Translations under genes and position numbers: made by a program
Part shown: positions 50,455 through 63,949 of the stretch, piece by piece
Position numbering within the stretch: position 1 is the first letter of the stretch
Layout: every line of letters starts with the position of its first letter
Assembly (NCBI RefSeq): GCF_001194135.2
Contig: NC_068988.1
Coordinates: 45,842,532-45,906,531, forward strand
DNA length: 64,000 nt
Direction: 5' to 3'
DNA from: Octopus bimaculoides
Taxonomy: Eukaryota
The notes under the pieces: generated by a model
What the model was told of the DNA's origin: nothing
The model's input: the letters and a program-made list of their open reading frames with translations, nothing else
The model's database searches: none

Positions 50455-51390
50455 TACAGGTGGCATTGAAAATTTCCTGGACGAGCTACGTTTAATAAAA
50501 AAATAACTTATTTACTTAGGTTTTAACATCGTCTTCTTTGAAATAGTTACCTTGTGCAGCAATACACCATTCTCAGTGTTCCTACCACTTTTGAAATCTG
50601 GCCTGGAAATTGTTTTTGTTAGAAAGGTGAGAACCTTCTGGGATTTGTTATGGATCTCAACAACAGTGTTTAAATGGCAAACTTTGAGCAGCATTTTCAT
50701 CTTGAGGAAGAGATGTATGTCTTCAGGTGATGAATCTGGAAAATAGGGAGGGTGAGGAAACAATACTATGTTGTTGCTGGTGAGAAACTCATGGGTGAGG
50801 AGTGCTTGGTGACAGGGTGCATTGTCATCATGAAGAATCCAGTTTTTTGCATTCCACAGATCTGATTGCTTTCACTGAATGTCCTTTCTCAAATGCTTCA
50901 AAACATTTCATTAGAACTCTTGTTTGATCATCTGACCCAATGGGACAAATTCTTGATGCACAATACCACATTTCCGGGGGTGGCGCTCATGGTAGATCTT
51001 CCAGATCCCTCATTGTCTTCCAGGGATGTTTATTCTGCTTCTGAAGCACCTGTGTCACTCAGAACATTGTGTACGACCCATTGGCTCATCACCATGTGTA
51101 CGACCCATTGGCTAATCCTGTCAAAGCATGCTCAATATCTCTGTAGCAGACTTTCCGCGTTTAATGCAAAATTTCACATTGGCTTTTTGTTCCTGTCTAC
51201 GACAAAATCACAGACTACAGCATGCACGTGATCACAAAACCAAATTTCACAACTTGTGAAGTAAACACAGCAATGTCACTTGGCACACTGCCTCATGAAA
51301 GCCACTGCTACCTCTCACTGCACTCACAAGTGCATGCTGTCTTCTGTTGGTGAGTTACAGACCTAGTCCAGGAATTTTTTGATATCGCAT
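50455..51390 (-). mobile_element. Decayed mariner element
   Basis: TIR-like ends aaaatttcctggacgag and ctagtccaggaatttttt; minus-strand FPHPPYFPDSSPEDIHLFLKMK (HPPYSPDLAPxDYHLF-like). Confidence 0.75.
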
Positions 51391-51623
51391 GAAAAACACA
51401 AAACATATTTGAATCTGAGGCACATGGCTATGCACAATAAAAAACAAACAAAGCACTTCCATATATATATATGTATATAATCTAGAGTGCATGCACATAT
51501 TCAAAATGCATACACACCACACCTATTTAGAAACCGAAATGGTTATTCAAATACCTCACTCACACACGCAGACATACATATGCATACAAACTTGAACCTA
51601 TATGCTTATTCAAAAGCACAAGC

Positions 51624-51674
<51 letters not shown>

Positions 51675-52297
51675 TACACACACACGTGTACATATAAAAT
51701 CTGTCAATAATAAAATAAAATGCATGCACACACACTTGCTCTCTCATATACACGCACATACACACATACATACAAACACTCTCATGTACACATACACGGC
51801 AAAGAAATTTTGATAAATCTTTTACTGGAATTGAATCTAGTGCATGGTGTGGGATAAGGAAAGATTTGGCAAAAATAAAAGGATAAAAAAGAAAAAAAGA
51901 AAAAGAAAAAAACAAACAAGAAATACCTACCTGCTTTCTATTTTGGTGATTAAATGAAGAATAATCCTTCTGGAATTCTTTGGGCATTTGTTAAATTTTC
52001 TGCAATTACCAGGAAATAAATGTGACTTTGCTATTCAAGTGGCAGGCAAAGGAACCGTACCCTATTGTTGAAGGTTCTCTGCTAAGGACTTATGTGCCAT
52101 TCATAGTATGAATATATTCATAATTGCTCCCTCAAATTGACATCTGTGTGTATGCATGTATATATGTTCATATGGTCATATCTTTATGTGTATATATGTA
52201 TATGTGTCTGTGCTTATGTGCATAATTATTGTGTGCTTCTATGTGTATATACTTAGTACACCAACATCATAATCTTAAGCATCTGTGCACATTGATG

Positions 52298-52339
<42 letters not shown>

Positions 52340-53249
52340 CACACACGCACAAATTCATGGATGTACAAAATCAGGATAGCTTTACAGGCTGTACAATTTG
52401 CTAGGATAAAGCAAAAAATGCCAAGCCAAAGATCTGTAGTTCAATGTCTGCTGATAAGTGTGTTGGAATTTTCTTTTGAAAATTAATTATCAATAATTTT
52501 TAATAAATATTGTTTATAAACATTATATGTTATATATATATAGTTTTAGAGAAAAGAACCAAGGTTCATGAACTCATCGATGAAAATCCACTATCACATA
52601 TAGAAAAATTAATGAGTAAAAGCACAATAAATAAGTATAACATAATACAAAGTAAATATCATAAGATAATGATAATAAAACGACTACACGAGTTTCACAA
52701 CCAATTTTCAAATAGAAAAAATATTTAAATCGATTAAAACTATTGAAAATCAATTTTATTCAAAAATATAGCTAATCTTCAGGTCAAAATACAACAATGA
52801 TAATAATAAAAGAATGTATATATCAACCAACAATAAATAACAAATGAATGTATATAAAATACTTATATTAAGATAGAAAAATATTATTAAAAATATCAAA
52901 ATTATAAACATTCCATAATTAACTTTACGTTTATTATACATATACATCTGATTTCTGATGACCTGAAGCATTTACAAGCTTATCTGATATACTAGATGGG
53001 TAATTTCTCTCTAGTGTATTCCTCTTTGCCTTCTTTGGACATACATACATATATGCATGCATGCATACATATATACATGCATACATACATACATGCATAC
53101 AAACATACGTACACACTAATAAAGCAGTTATCTGAAAACGTCACATTATTATCTACCAACGACTCACAATGTTGTAGCGAAGACACTGTACAATGAGTGA
53201 GATCCATTGGAATAAGCAGATAATCCCCAGGTCAAAGAGATAAGAATCC

Positions 53250-53540
53250 ATTGGCCAGAGCCACTAATATTGTGAAAGAGTGATAGTGGAAAGTCCCAGT
53301 GAATATCTCAATAAAATGCAAACATAATAGACCAGGAACAGTGATTTGGGACAAAGAAGAGTAACTAAGAGAAAATCTGTTGCCCAACATAAAGCTAAAA
53401 ATTAGAAAGAAAAATCTATGCGGAATTTAAGGCTACTCTACTTGGATTACGAGTTCAGGTTATATACATAATTATTGGAGCAATATGATATGAATGAAGC
53501 TGCTAAAGCATCAATCTTAAGAAATTAGGATATTCAAAAC
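53250..53540 (+). mobile_element. RLE-type non-LTR retrotransposon C-terminal fragment
   Basis: KCKHNRPGTVIWDKEE (HNRPDIVIWD-like) followed by IHIIIGA. Confidence 0.55.
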
Positions 53541-53970
53541 CAGAAAGGAACAGGTTGCTAAACTGAGTGACAGATTCAGCCTGCTACCCAGGGAGACTGT
53601 AACAGGATTTGAACACAAAATGCAAACAGCTGGAGCAAATGCTGCAAGGTATCCAGTCTGATATTTTTACAGTTCTACCAATTAACTACCCTGGGCTGGA
53701 ACTTTTTTTATTGAAACTAAAAGGATGAGAGGCAAAGCTGATCAGAGTGGGATTTAACTTTGATTACAGGGAATCAAAATATATACCATGTGGAATTCAT
53801 CCAAAATGCTTACAGCACTGATAATATGCTGCTTGTAGTTTTTTATTTTTCAGTCAATGCTTATACCATCATATATGGCTTTACTAATTGTCTACATTTA
53901 ATAATTATACTTACCAATCATATATCAATTAGTATGTTATTAGAGTGTCAGACAAAATGTTTCACTCTAG

Positions 53971-54099
53971 CTGCAGATGTAGCTGTGTGGTAAGAAGCTT
54001 GCTTCCTAACCACATGGTTCTGGGCAAGTGTTTTCTACTATAGAAGCCTTGTGAGTAGATTTGGTAGACAGAAACTGAGAGAAGCCTCTCATATATATA

Positions 54100-54174
<75 letters not shown>

Positions 54175-54433
54175 ATGTATGTATGTATGTATGTATGTAT
54201 ATATCTATGTGCATGTGTCTTTCTGTGTTTGTCCCCCGTCATTGCTTGACTACTGGTGATGGTATGTTTACATCTCTGTAACTTAGCAGTTTGGCATAAG
54301 AGACTGATAGAATAAGTACTAGGCTTTAAAAAAATGTCCTGGGGTCAATTTGTTCAACTAAAAAAGACCCTTCAAGATGGTGCTCCAGCAGGGTTACAGT
54401 CAAATGACTGAAACAAATAAACGAATAAAAGAC
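53971..54433 (+). mobile_element. SINE family C with an expanded internal (GT)n/(GTAT)n tract
   Basis: Homologous to 27799-28227. Confidence 0.85.
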
Positions 54434-54747
54434 TATTTGTTATGATTCTTTGTTTTTAGAGTTCAAATCTTACTTAGGTCAAATTTACCTGCTATCCTTT
54501 CTGAATTGATAGAAAAATTTACCAATCCAGAGTGGTAAATTGAAGTAACTTTATGATCATTAGACAAAATGCTCTGCAGTATCTGTTGTAGATCTTAACA
54601 TTCTGAGTTCAAAACTTAGCATGGCATACTTGGTTAGTAGACTTAATCTGTCACCTTGGATGCCTTTAGCAGACTCCATTTTGTCACAAGCTGATCAGGG
54701 ATTGGTTTGATGATATTTTCCTCCCTTCATTCTCAAAAGCTATTTAA

Positions 54748-54967
54748 CCCTTTCATTACTGAATTTATTTTGAGGCGTTCTGAGTTTCTTTCAATTACTT
54801 TAAATGCAACAAAGAATTTAGTAAAATAACTTAGTTATCAGTCAGCTAGTGTTAGGAATATAAATTGTGACTAAGGTTTGGAAGAAGATTTTAATTCAAA
54901 ACTTATGAAAACAAGATATTTCTACTCACAGACAGAGCTGGATTCAGCCGGGTTCATAACAAAAGGG
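54748..54967. mobile_element. piggyBac-type MITE (220 bp)
   Basis: TTAA|CCCTTTCATTAC...ATAACAAAAGGG|TTAA: CCC/GGG termini with an intact TTAA duplication. Confidence 0.8.
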
Positions 54968-55656
54968 TTAATGGTTTATAGGCACTACTTTTATCCTGAC
55001 GAAAAGATAAATAACAACCTATTAAATATTTCTCAACTTTAAAATGCATCTTTGAATATGCATTAATTCTTACTTCAAAATGAATTAGTTTTCAAATATT
55101 TCTGGCAAGTTTTCATAAACATAAAGTCAATTTATCTTGCATGCATAATCCTTTATTCTGAAAAGACTTTAACCAAAAACTGAAAACATTTCTCTCTCAA
55201 TAGACTAAACAATCATGTTTTCCTGATTGTTTTAAAATCAACTAAAAGTAACTCAGTATTTAACTGGAATATTTCCAGTATGATACATCACTATTTTCAA
55301 ATGATTTTCTCTATAATAGAAAATATCATACACTTAAGCATCCACAATATATTTGTATGCAATCAAAATCTGTGAGGTGAATCTTTCAAATAGTCAGCTG
55401 AACTATAAAGTGAAGTTCAACAAGATGATATTTTTCTCCATAAATGACAGATTATCTGGCATAAAAATCTGTTTTTTTGCTAACATGAAATCGGTGAATC
55501 GCTTTTATAAACATATGGATCCCCCACACACACACACATTTACATTCACACAAACATACATACATATTTTATCCACCAATGTGGTGTTCAGCACTCATTC
55601 TCATTGTTCGATATTTACATATATATGGTATTTACACACACACACACACAGATATA

Positions 55657-56485
55657 TAGGGTGCGATAGGTAAATTGTTGCATTATCATATGTTTAATTT
55701 CGCACATGCACATTGTTTGTTTTTGATTTTGTCAGCTACGCAATGTGGTAGGGTCAGATGAGCACCATCTATGAGAAAAACAGCACCATGATGCAATTCA
55801 CTCTGCCAGAAATTTGGAAACAACATGCTGTATTGCTTGGCATTCATGCCAGAAGCTCAGATACGAACATTGTAGAGAGTCTGGGTTTCGATCTGTGGAC
55901 AGTGCAGAAAGTTGAGAAAGAGCTGAATGAGTCTAATGGTGATTACAAAGATATGGCAGCTTGGTAAACTCACTCTCATCATTCTGATAAGAAAAGAACT
56001 CCTGAATTTGTTAGTGAGATCCAGGCCATATTTAACAATGATCCTTCCAAGTCAGTCAGGGACATTGGAGAGTCTGAGTTGCCTATCAGATAGGTAGTGC
56101 ATGAAGACATTTGGTATTCCTCATACATGATGGAAAACGACCAATTTTTATCTGAAGCCATCAATGACAAGAGGAAAGACTGCACTATGAAGCTTTTGCA
56201 CAACCTCAAGCATCCTCTCCAACCAAGCATGCTTTGGTTTTTCTCAGACAAGAAAAACTTCTGCCAGGATCAGATGGGAAGCACATAGAACAACCATTGG
56301 TTTGTGTGTCCCAAAAACATGTACTGAGAGTGATAAAAATCAAACATCTGGTCAGCATCATGGTGTTTGGAGCGATCATTAGTGATGGCAATGTTATGCC
56401 ATCATTCATCTTCCTACATGGCCTCACACTCAGTACGGAGGCAGGCACTTGCCTGGAGGAGGTAGTGCTACTAGAAGTGCTGTAT
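55657..56485 (+). mobile_element. DD37D/maT-type element, copy 3 (5' half, 3'-truncated)
   Basis: Terminus TAgggtgcgataggtaaattg; MQFTLPEIWKQHAVLLGI..., WFFSDKKNFCQDQ (first Asp region) and MVFGAIISDGNVMP. Confidence 0.85.
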
Positions 56486-57159
56486 ATATATATATATATA
56501 TACAGTATATATATGAGTGCATATATATATGAGTATATGAGTGTGCGTGTGTATATATGCATATGTTTATGACAAGAATAACTACAGAAGCTCTTCTAAC
56601 AGAAAAAGCAAATCTAAATTATTAAAAAAATTGATGCATCACATGTAAAATATATCATGATAATATGAAATCAACCAGGCTTTATTTTATATACTGTTAT
56701 TTAATTTTAAATTTCAGCACTGGGAATTTTGATATCTGATTTAAAATTACTACTGAATTCCTTTGTGAATTACTGCAATTTACACAGACTGAATGCTACT
56801 GCAGCAGTTTAATTTGAAAACCAAGCATAAAAGACTAAGATAGAAATATACTGAATCCTTAATCTAAAAAATCAAAGTTGAACAGTCATGCTTTGAAAAT
56901 AAAATATGCGAGAAAACTTGTTCTCTGTTTTCGTAAATATGCTTATGGTTTACACAGCTATGTTCTTGAATCTTGCAGATGATGTCACAACTTTTTATAC
57001 TTCCTTCTATATTCTCTCTCCCCCTACCCCTCCTCCTGCTCCTCCTCCTCCCCTCCTTCTACTCCTCCTCCCCTCCTCCTGCTCCTCCTCCTTCTCATCG
57101 TCGTCGTCACCTCCACCACCACTACCACTGTCGTCGTTTTCACATCCACTTTTTCATGC

Positions 57160-57400
57160 TTGCTGAGTCATATTTTCTGTGGTTGGATGCCTTCCCTGTA
57201 AAAGCACCAGTGCAGTGCCACGTAAAAGTGCCCGTGTGGTGTCACATGAAAGTGCCTATGCGGTGCCATGTAAAAGTGCCTGTGCAACGCCATGTAAAAG
57301 TACCTAGCACTCTCTGTAAAGTGGTTGGTGTAAGGAAGGGCATCCAGCAGTAGAAACCATGCCAAATCAGATTGAAGTCTGGTGCAGCTCCCCAGCTGCA
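57160..57400 (+). mobile_element. Family E repeat with four to five internal ~21-bp tandem units
   Basis: gtgccacgtaaaagtgcccgtgtg-type units, then gtggttggtgtaaggaagggcatccagc, as at 28262. Confidence 0.75.
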
Positions 57401-58480
57401 TGACTTTCTAGAGCGGCTGCACGACTTTCTAAAAGACATCATGCAGTTGTGGCCAATGGAGCCACCTCAAAGGAAACACAAATATCAAGTGGTGTTCCAC
57501 AGAACATTGTCTTAGGGCCACTGTTATTCCAAGTGGCCCTTTCAGACATGCCCTCAGCTGCTCAGAAAGCCACCATTGCTAGCTATGCAGATGACACAAA
57601 TGTTTCTCAGACATTAGAAAATCCTGAAAATATTCCACATCTGCAATAGGAGTTGGACACAATATACAGGTGGGTTGAGGACAACAACATGCAGTTTAAT
57701 GCAGGAAGATTTCAAGTGCTGCACTACCAGCACACAAAGCTGAATGACATGCAGACAGGATACACTGGTCCAGAAGGAATTGCAATCTCTGAATTAAAAT
57801 AAGTGCATGACTTGGGGCATTGACATGAGCAATGATGCTTCATTCCAAGTGCATATTACCAATATGGTAATAAGATATGGATGGCTAGCTAGATGGATCA
57901 TCCAAACTTTCAAAACGAGATAAAAAGAGACAATGTTGGTCCTTTGGAGGGCACACGTCCTCAACCGCTTGGACTACTGCTACCAACTATGGTCACCACA
58001 CAATATAAAATTAACAGCGGAACTCGAAACAATTCAATGAAGCAACACTAAGAAAATCGTTTCGATGTAACATATCAACTACTGGGAAGACTGAGGGAAT
58101 TAAAACTCTTCTCCCTAGAATGAAGGCAGGAAAGATATGCTGTGATATACATCTGGAAAATCCTGGAAGGCCTTGTACCAAATTTTGGCATTGAAAGTTA
58201 CACTAACAGCAGAATGGGGCACTACTGTATAGTACCAAAAATCCCAGCATCTCCATCAAAATGCAGAACTAGATTTCAAGGGCCCATAGCTCTTCAATCT
58301 CCTTCTAAAATGTCTGAGAGACCTGCATGGTGTGGATGTAGGTGTCTTCAAAACAAAACTGGATCTCCTCTTGTCAAGGGTGCCAGATGAGCCTATCTTA
58401 TGGGAGGAAACCCAGATGAGGGTAGTAGAATCAAACTCCCTCATTCACCAAATGACACATATCAGAAAAGGTTTCAAATA
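57401..58480 (+). mobile_element. 5'-truncated CR1/L2-type LINE reverse transcriptase pseudo-ORF
   Basis: SGVPQNIVLGPLLF, SYADDT, ELDTIYRWVEDNNMQFNAGRFQVLHY, VHDLG, RLDYCYQLWSP and RYAVIYIWKILEGLVPN; multiple stops and frameshifts. Confidence 0.9.
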
Positions 58481-58499
58481 ATGGTGTAACACAGTCAGC

Positions 58500-58778
58500 G
58501 GTGCTGAACTGCTAAATTACGGAGACACAAACATACTAACATCAGTTGTCAAGCGACGGTGGGGTACCAAACACAGACACAGACACACACACACTCACAA
58601 ATATATACATAAACATATATATGTATACAACGAAGTTTCCGTCTACCAAATCCACTCACAAAGCTTTGGATGGCCTGAGGCTATAGTAGAAAACACTTGC
58701 CCAAGATGCCATGCAGTGGAACTGAACCTGGAACCATGTGGAAGCAAGCTTCTTATGACACAGCCACAACTGTGCCTA
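58500..58778 (-). mobile_element. SINE family C
   Basis: tttccgtctaccaaatccactcacaaagc...cttgcccaagatgccatgcagtgg is the reverse complement of the family head. Confidence 0.85.
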
Positions 58779-60099
58779 TATATATATGTGTGTATGCATA
58801 TATGTATATATGTGTGTGTGTATATATGTATATGTATATATGTATATATTATACTTATATACATTGTTTATAATATAATATATATATGTGTATGTGTGTG
58901 TATGTATACATATACAGATATATACATATATTTACACACACTAACACACACACACACTCACAAACACATACATAAATATATCTATATGTATATATGTTTG
59001 ACTGTATGTATTTATTTAAATATCTGTCTAGAAAATTAGAAAATACATTTAGTCTTATTTTTGATAAATGTATTTTCAAATTAGTTTCCAAATCATTTTT
59101 GAAAATAATCAAGAATTTGGAAGGATTTAGTAAAATAAAATAACTTTGTTGTAATTAAGCTAGTGTTTGGAACATGAATTACCAAAATGCTCTTACATAA
59201 AATTACAATACATATTTGCAGTTTAAAAAAAAAAAAACATTTTAAAATGGTTTGCTTTTTGTAACTTAGAACCAGAATTGGTTTGATAATCAATAAGGAT
59301 AACTCATATTTATCTAATTACCAACATAATATTTCATGCTAGTTAATATTAACAGGCTGTATTTTCTTGATTAACATATACATGCTATAATATAATATAG
59401 AAACTATTCAGTTTAGTTAAGAAGTATATATTATAGGATATCATGTGTATGTTAAAACCAAAAAATATATATAACCAAATTCTAATAACTTACATACATG
59501 TTATAATGCAACATGTATATGTTATTAACCTATTAGAATATGATGAGTCAAGTCAACTTGTGCATTGTACATCGTACATGCTCTGTTGCTATTGTTTACT
59601 CAGTCAATGTCCATAAGGTCTATTTATCTCTCATTGTTTGACCACTGTATTTTTACATTCAACATTTCTAAGATATATTTATCTAGAAGCCATTAATAAA
59701 TTGTATCTACCTGATCTGTATGTGAATGCTGTGATAAACTCTACCCAAATCACTCTCCTCTGACGTTATAACATTCAAGAATTCCATTCGTGCACATGTT
59801 TTCTGCTAAATCCCTAACAATGCAGTATGTCCAAACAGTAATCAAATTAATTTAATTAAGTTATCTCGATTCTCCAGTCAATAAAGGCCTAACATCTACA
59901 ACATTGTTTCTTCCTTCAGGCTAAAAGCTAACATTTATTTAAGCTATAAACATTTACATCAGAAACAAGGATATCTCATACATCATGAGCATAATTCCAC
60001 ATAGTTGTCACCTGGTTCGTTGACATGGTTGCTAAGTATTTCTGTAAACACACTCCAGTCTCTTTTTAAGATGTGGATATCACAGTGACAATTAAAGAT

Positions 60100-60810
60100 A
60101 GTTTAAATATAAAATGCCCATGGCTTGAACTCTGAACAAACAATACATTTTTATCTACCTTTCATCATCAGCGTTCTTTAGGGTCTGTTTTATATGCTAG
60201 GAAGGATTGGATAGCTTGACAGGAACTGGTAAGGCCAGGGACCACACCAGGTTCAATAGTTTGTTTGGGCTTGATTTCTACTGCTGTATCCTAACGTCAA
60301 CCACTCCTCAGAGTGTACTGGGTGCTTCTTATGTGGCATCATTATGAATTCTTTTTAAGCGGCACTTGCGTTGAGGCACAATGGCCCAGTGGTTAGGGCA
60401 GCAGACTCACGGTCGTAGGATCACGGTTTCGATTCCTAGACCGGGTGTTGTGAGTGTTTATTGAGCGAAAACACCTAAAGTTCCACAAAGCTCCGGCAGG
60501 GGATGGTGGCGAACCCTGCTGTACTCTTTCACCACAACTTTCTCTCACTTTTTATTCCTGTATCTATTGTACCTGTATTTCAAAGGGTCAGCCCTGTCAC
60601 ACTGTGTCATGCTGAATGTCCCCGAGAACTACATTAAGGGCACACGTGCCTGTGGAGTGCTCAGCCACTTGCACGTTAATTTCACGAGCAGGCTGTTCCG
60701 TTGATCGGATCAACTAGAACCCTCGTTGTCATAACCGATGGAGTGGCACTTGCACCAGTGCTGTTTTTGTGGCACCAGCACACATACCAATGCTTTCTAT
60801 GTGGCATCTT
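60100..60810 (-). mobile_element. Old family E copy interrupted by a SINE D insertion
   Basis: Starts tcatcatcag (reverse complement of the GAT tail); gagtgtactgggtgcttcttatgtggca continues after 60753. Confidence 0.55.
60370..60744 (+). mobile_element. tRNA-headed SINE family D, full-length, with a 9-bp TSD
   Basis: Homologous to 33210-33540; ggcacttgc duplicated at 60361-60369 and 60745-60753. Confidence 0.9.
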
Positions 60811-61458
60811 GGCTTTAAGATCTCAATTGTAACAGTGAGATGATTTGGGTAACCTCTACTGTAGCCTTGGGTTGACAAATCTCTTCTGAGTTGAATTGTT
60901 CAATGGAAACTGTATGGAAGCTCATTGAACAGAAACATACATTCATACACTTCACACACTGACACACAATCACACACACATCTGTGCATGTAGTTCCCAC
61001 CTCCATTACCTTTATCCATCTTCCAAAGTTTCTACCCTTTTGTGCTTCTCGTTTCTCACTCAGCGCTGTGCCTCTCTCTCACACACCGGACCTACTCACT
61101 TCACATCATCTTTGCTGCCACCTATTACCTTCCTGACCCACATGTATTACCTCCACCCTCCACTCCAATAGATATTCACGACTGACCATGCCACTACCAG
61201 TGATCACCACTCACTGCATCTTCCTGCATCGATCTGCCACCCACCTCACACACTCTCAGCAACTTACTAATCATCTATACTATTTTTCTATATTTCCTTT
61301 CTGGTAACTTGATAATACACTACGACACATCTTCACCATCATCCTCCTTTTCTTCCAACATCGGTAAACAGCATTCTACAGCAAGATACATGTTCCAGTA
61401 TCCCTATCATACCTATCGTTACTAGCATAAAGCCACCCACCAATATATATATATATAT

Positions 61459-62483
61459 TGTTACGAACAAAAATATTTTATTCGGATAATTTCTCGTTCG
61501 TACGACGCGAATTAAAACACCGCTCTCTGATTTTTCAAACGAAGACGAAAGAATGATTCTTTGTGGTCACGTGACTCTTTAAAGCGTAGGCAGCATAATT
61601 TTGGAGCGCTTTTATGGTATGGGTAAAGTATAAAGACTACTATTGCCACCGTGGCGAGTTAGTTCAGGCTGGAAGTTCGGACTAGCTCCACAACGTAAAA
61701 GTCTTTCCTCAACAGTTAGTGTTATTTTTGAAAGCCATGTTGAAAAGTGCAGTTATCGTTAAATATTGTTGACAATTTTTGTGTGAAAATTTTATATCGT
61801 CTACCTTTCGGTGGATTTGTTGCAGTTCTGCCCCTGGTTTCAGGGGAAGAGCGTTGTGTTATTATGCAGCCGTATTCCGACAAAGAGTCCTCTGAGGGGG
61901 AATTGTTGAGATGCGTTGATAGCGTCGACAAGGTGAAAAGAGGAAAGAGTTTTGCAGCAGCGGCTGGTAATTCGAGAGAGAGGGTATGAATCAGTAAGGA
62001 AGAGTTGGAGAAATTCAAAGATTTAATAAAAAGAGAAGGGCACGAAATTATTGTGACCCCGCCAAAGGAAGTAAGTCATGAGTGGGAAAAGAAACAATTG
62101 TGAATAAGGTCCAGATGGACTATATGTAATCTGAACCTTTCCCCCCTTATTTATTATTTTATTTTTACGGAATCCCACGTTTTAGGCTATGGAGATTCCG
62201 ATTCTGAAAAAAAATTTGATTTGGAAAAGAAAAAGATAGAGATTATATCAAAGGAAAAAAATAGAAAAATGTCTGAAAGACATATGGATACTACAGATTA
62301 CGCTGTAATCATCTCAAGAATACGGACTGTAATCTTATGATACATAGGAATTGTGGAAACGTGAGTATATATGTGTACATACACACACATATGCATATTA
62401 ATCTATCTGTCTATCTTTATGCATATATATATAAATTGAGTTTTTACCTGTAATTTTGGATTTTGTCCCTGATATTATTATAT
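61459..62483 (+). mobile_element. CpG-rich, probably LTR-retrotransposon-derived segment inserted in (TA)n; 3' end lost in a gap
   Basis: Begins TGTTACG directly after a TA run; CpG density is far above the flanks; TA-rich repeats resume after the gap at 62584. Confidence 0.45.
61566..61664 (+). promoter_or_regulatory. Candidate Pol II core promoter: palindromic E-box, TATA box and Inr-like motif
   Basis: GTCACGTGAC at 61566-61575, TATAAA at 61629-61634, and TTAGTT at 61659-61664 (A at 61661 is 32 nt from the TATA start). Confidence 0.4.
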
Positions 62484-62594
62484 NNNNNNNNNNNNNNNNN
62501 NNNNNNNNNNNNNNNNNNNNNNNNNNNNNNNNNNNNNNNNNNNNNNNNNNNNNNNNNNNNNNNNNNNNNNNNNNNNNNNNNNNATATTATATTA

Positions 62595-62625
<31 letters not shown>

Positions 62626-63839
62626 CATACAAGTACATTCGTTGTCTTGTGTAAAAGCAGCAAGCTAAAATCGAAAAGTCAGTCATATGGATTTGTCTAG
62701 CATGGAATATTGTAATGAAATGAACAAATAATACAAAACAGGATTCTGGAGTGTGAAGTGTAGTTTCAGATTAGAAGGAATGAAACCTGACTTATTTAAG
62801 CAACGAAAATGCAATATGTTGCTAAAATACGATAAGCTTTTTAAAATTTTATTATGCATCTGTCTGAACAAAACTGATTAAGGTTAGTCAAACCTTGTAA
62901 TTTTTAATAATATTTTAGTGTTGGCAATTTAATTTCGTTTATTAACTTTTAACCACACGTTATTTTACCTATGAAGCACCACCTTCTTTTACAAGCTCAA
63001 CACGTTCAGAAATCAAAATACCTGTATTTCTGCATCACTAAATGAAATAGCCTGTGTCATGTGATTTCTTAAAATCCATTTAAAGAATCTCAGCGGCATA
63101 TTTTGGAATATTTCATCCATTTTCTCTCATAGATGACAAGCTGCATTTTACTATAATGAAATCAGTAGTATACATACTCTCTGTCTGTATTTCTAAAATG
63201 AACAATTATTAAATTTATATAAACTAGTCAGCTGGTGAATTTAATCCATTGTATTTTGATCTACACCATACTTCAGTTGCTACAGTGTATAATCAATATC
63301 ATGCACCAAAGTCGTCTGTCTGAAGTTTAAACTTCAATGTTGTTACTTAGTGATTCAAGTTTCTCTGTAAAGTTAACGTGTGATGTTACATGAAGATCAC
63401 TCACAAGCAGAAACTCAGAACTGTTGTAAATTTTTGTTCAACTTTTCAGCTTGATGTACGTGTTATTGTTAAAGTAATACATTGTTTATTGTTGCTTGTT
63501 CAAGGAAATTATAGAAAACGTGTAAAAGAAACCACAATAGAAAGATAAATCTCGAAAGGATATACTTTCAAAGTTACACACATGCACACAATTGGTTTTT
63601 ATTCATTTTGTTGCGCCAAAACATAAAAGTACCTAATACAGTCGTATTTTAGAAGTGCATACGGCTGATACATTTTAAATATGTTAGGTAAACATGGTTA
63701 AATATTTAGCTACTACTTTGTTTAATTATCTTTTCACTCAAGTGCAAACTTCAATGGAATTTTGTACTTCAGAGTTAAGCAAAAGCTGCTTAAATGAAAC
63801 AGTGGTTAGAATATGTTATGTTTACATTCCATGTGGCAA

Positions 63840-63909
63840 ATACACACATACACATATATATACAAATCTATACACACACACATATATATATATATATATA
63901 CAAATCTAT

Positions 63910-63940
<31 letters not shown>

Positions 63941-63949
63941 CAAATCTAT

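Noticed and set aside
57168-57442. Spaced ~21-bp repeats resembling a CRISPR or peptide-repeat ORF (HVKVP repeats)
   Set aside because: The units are tandem without unique spacers, lie inside a eukaryotic retroposon tail, and there are no cas genes.
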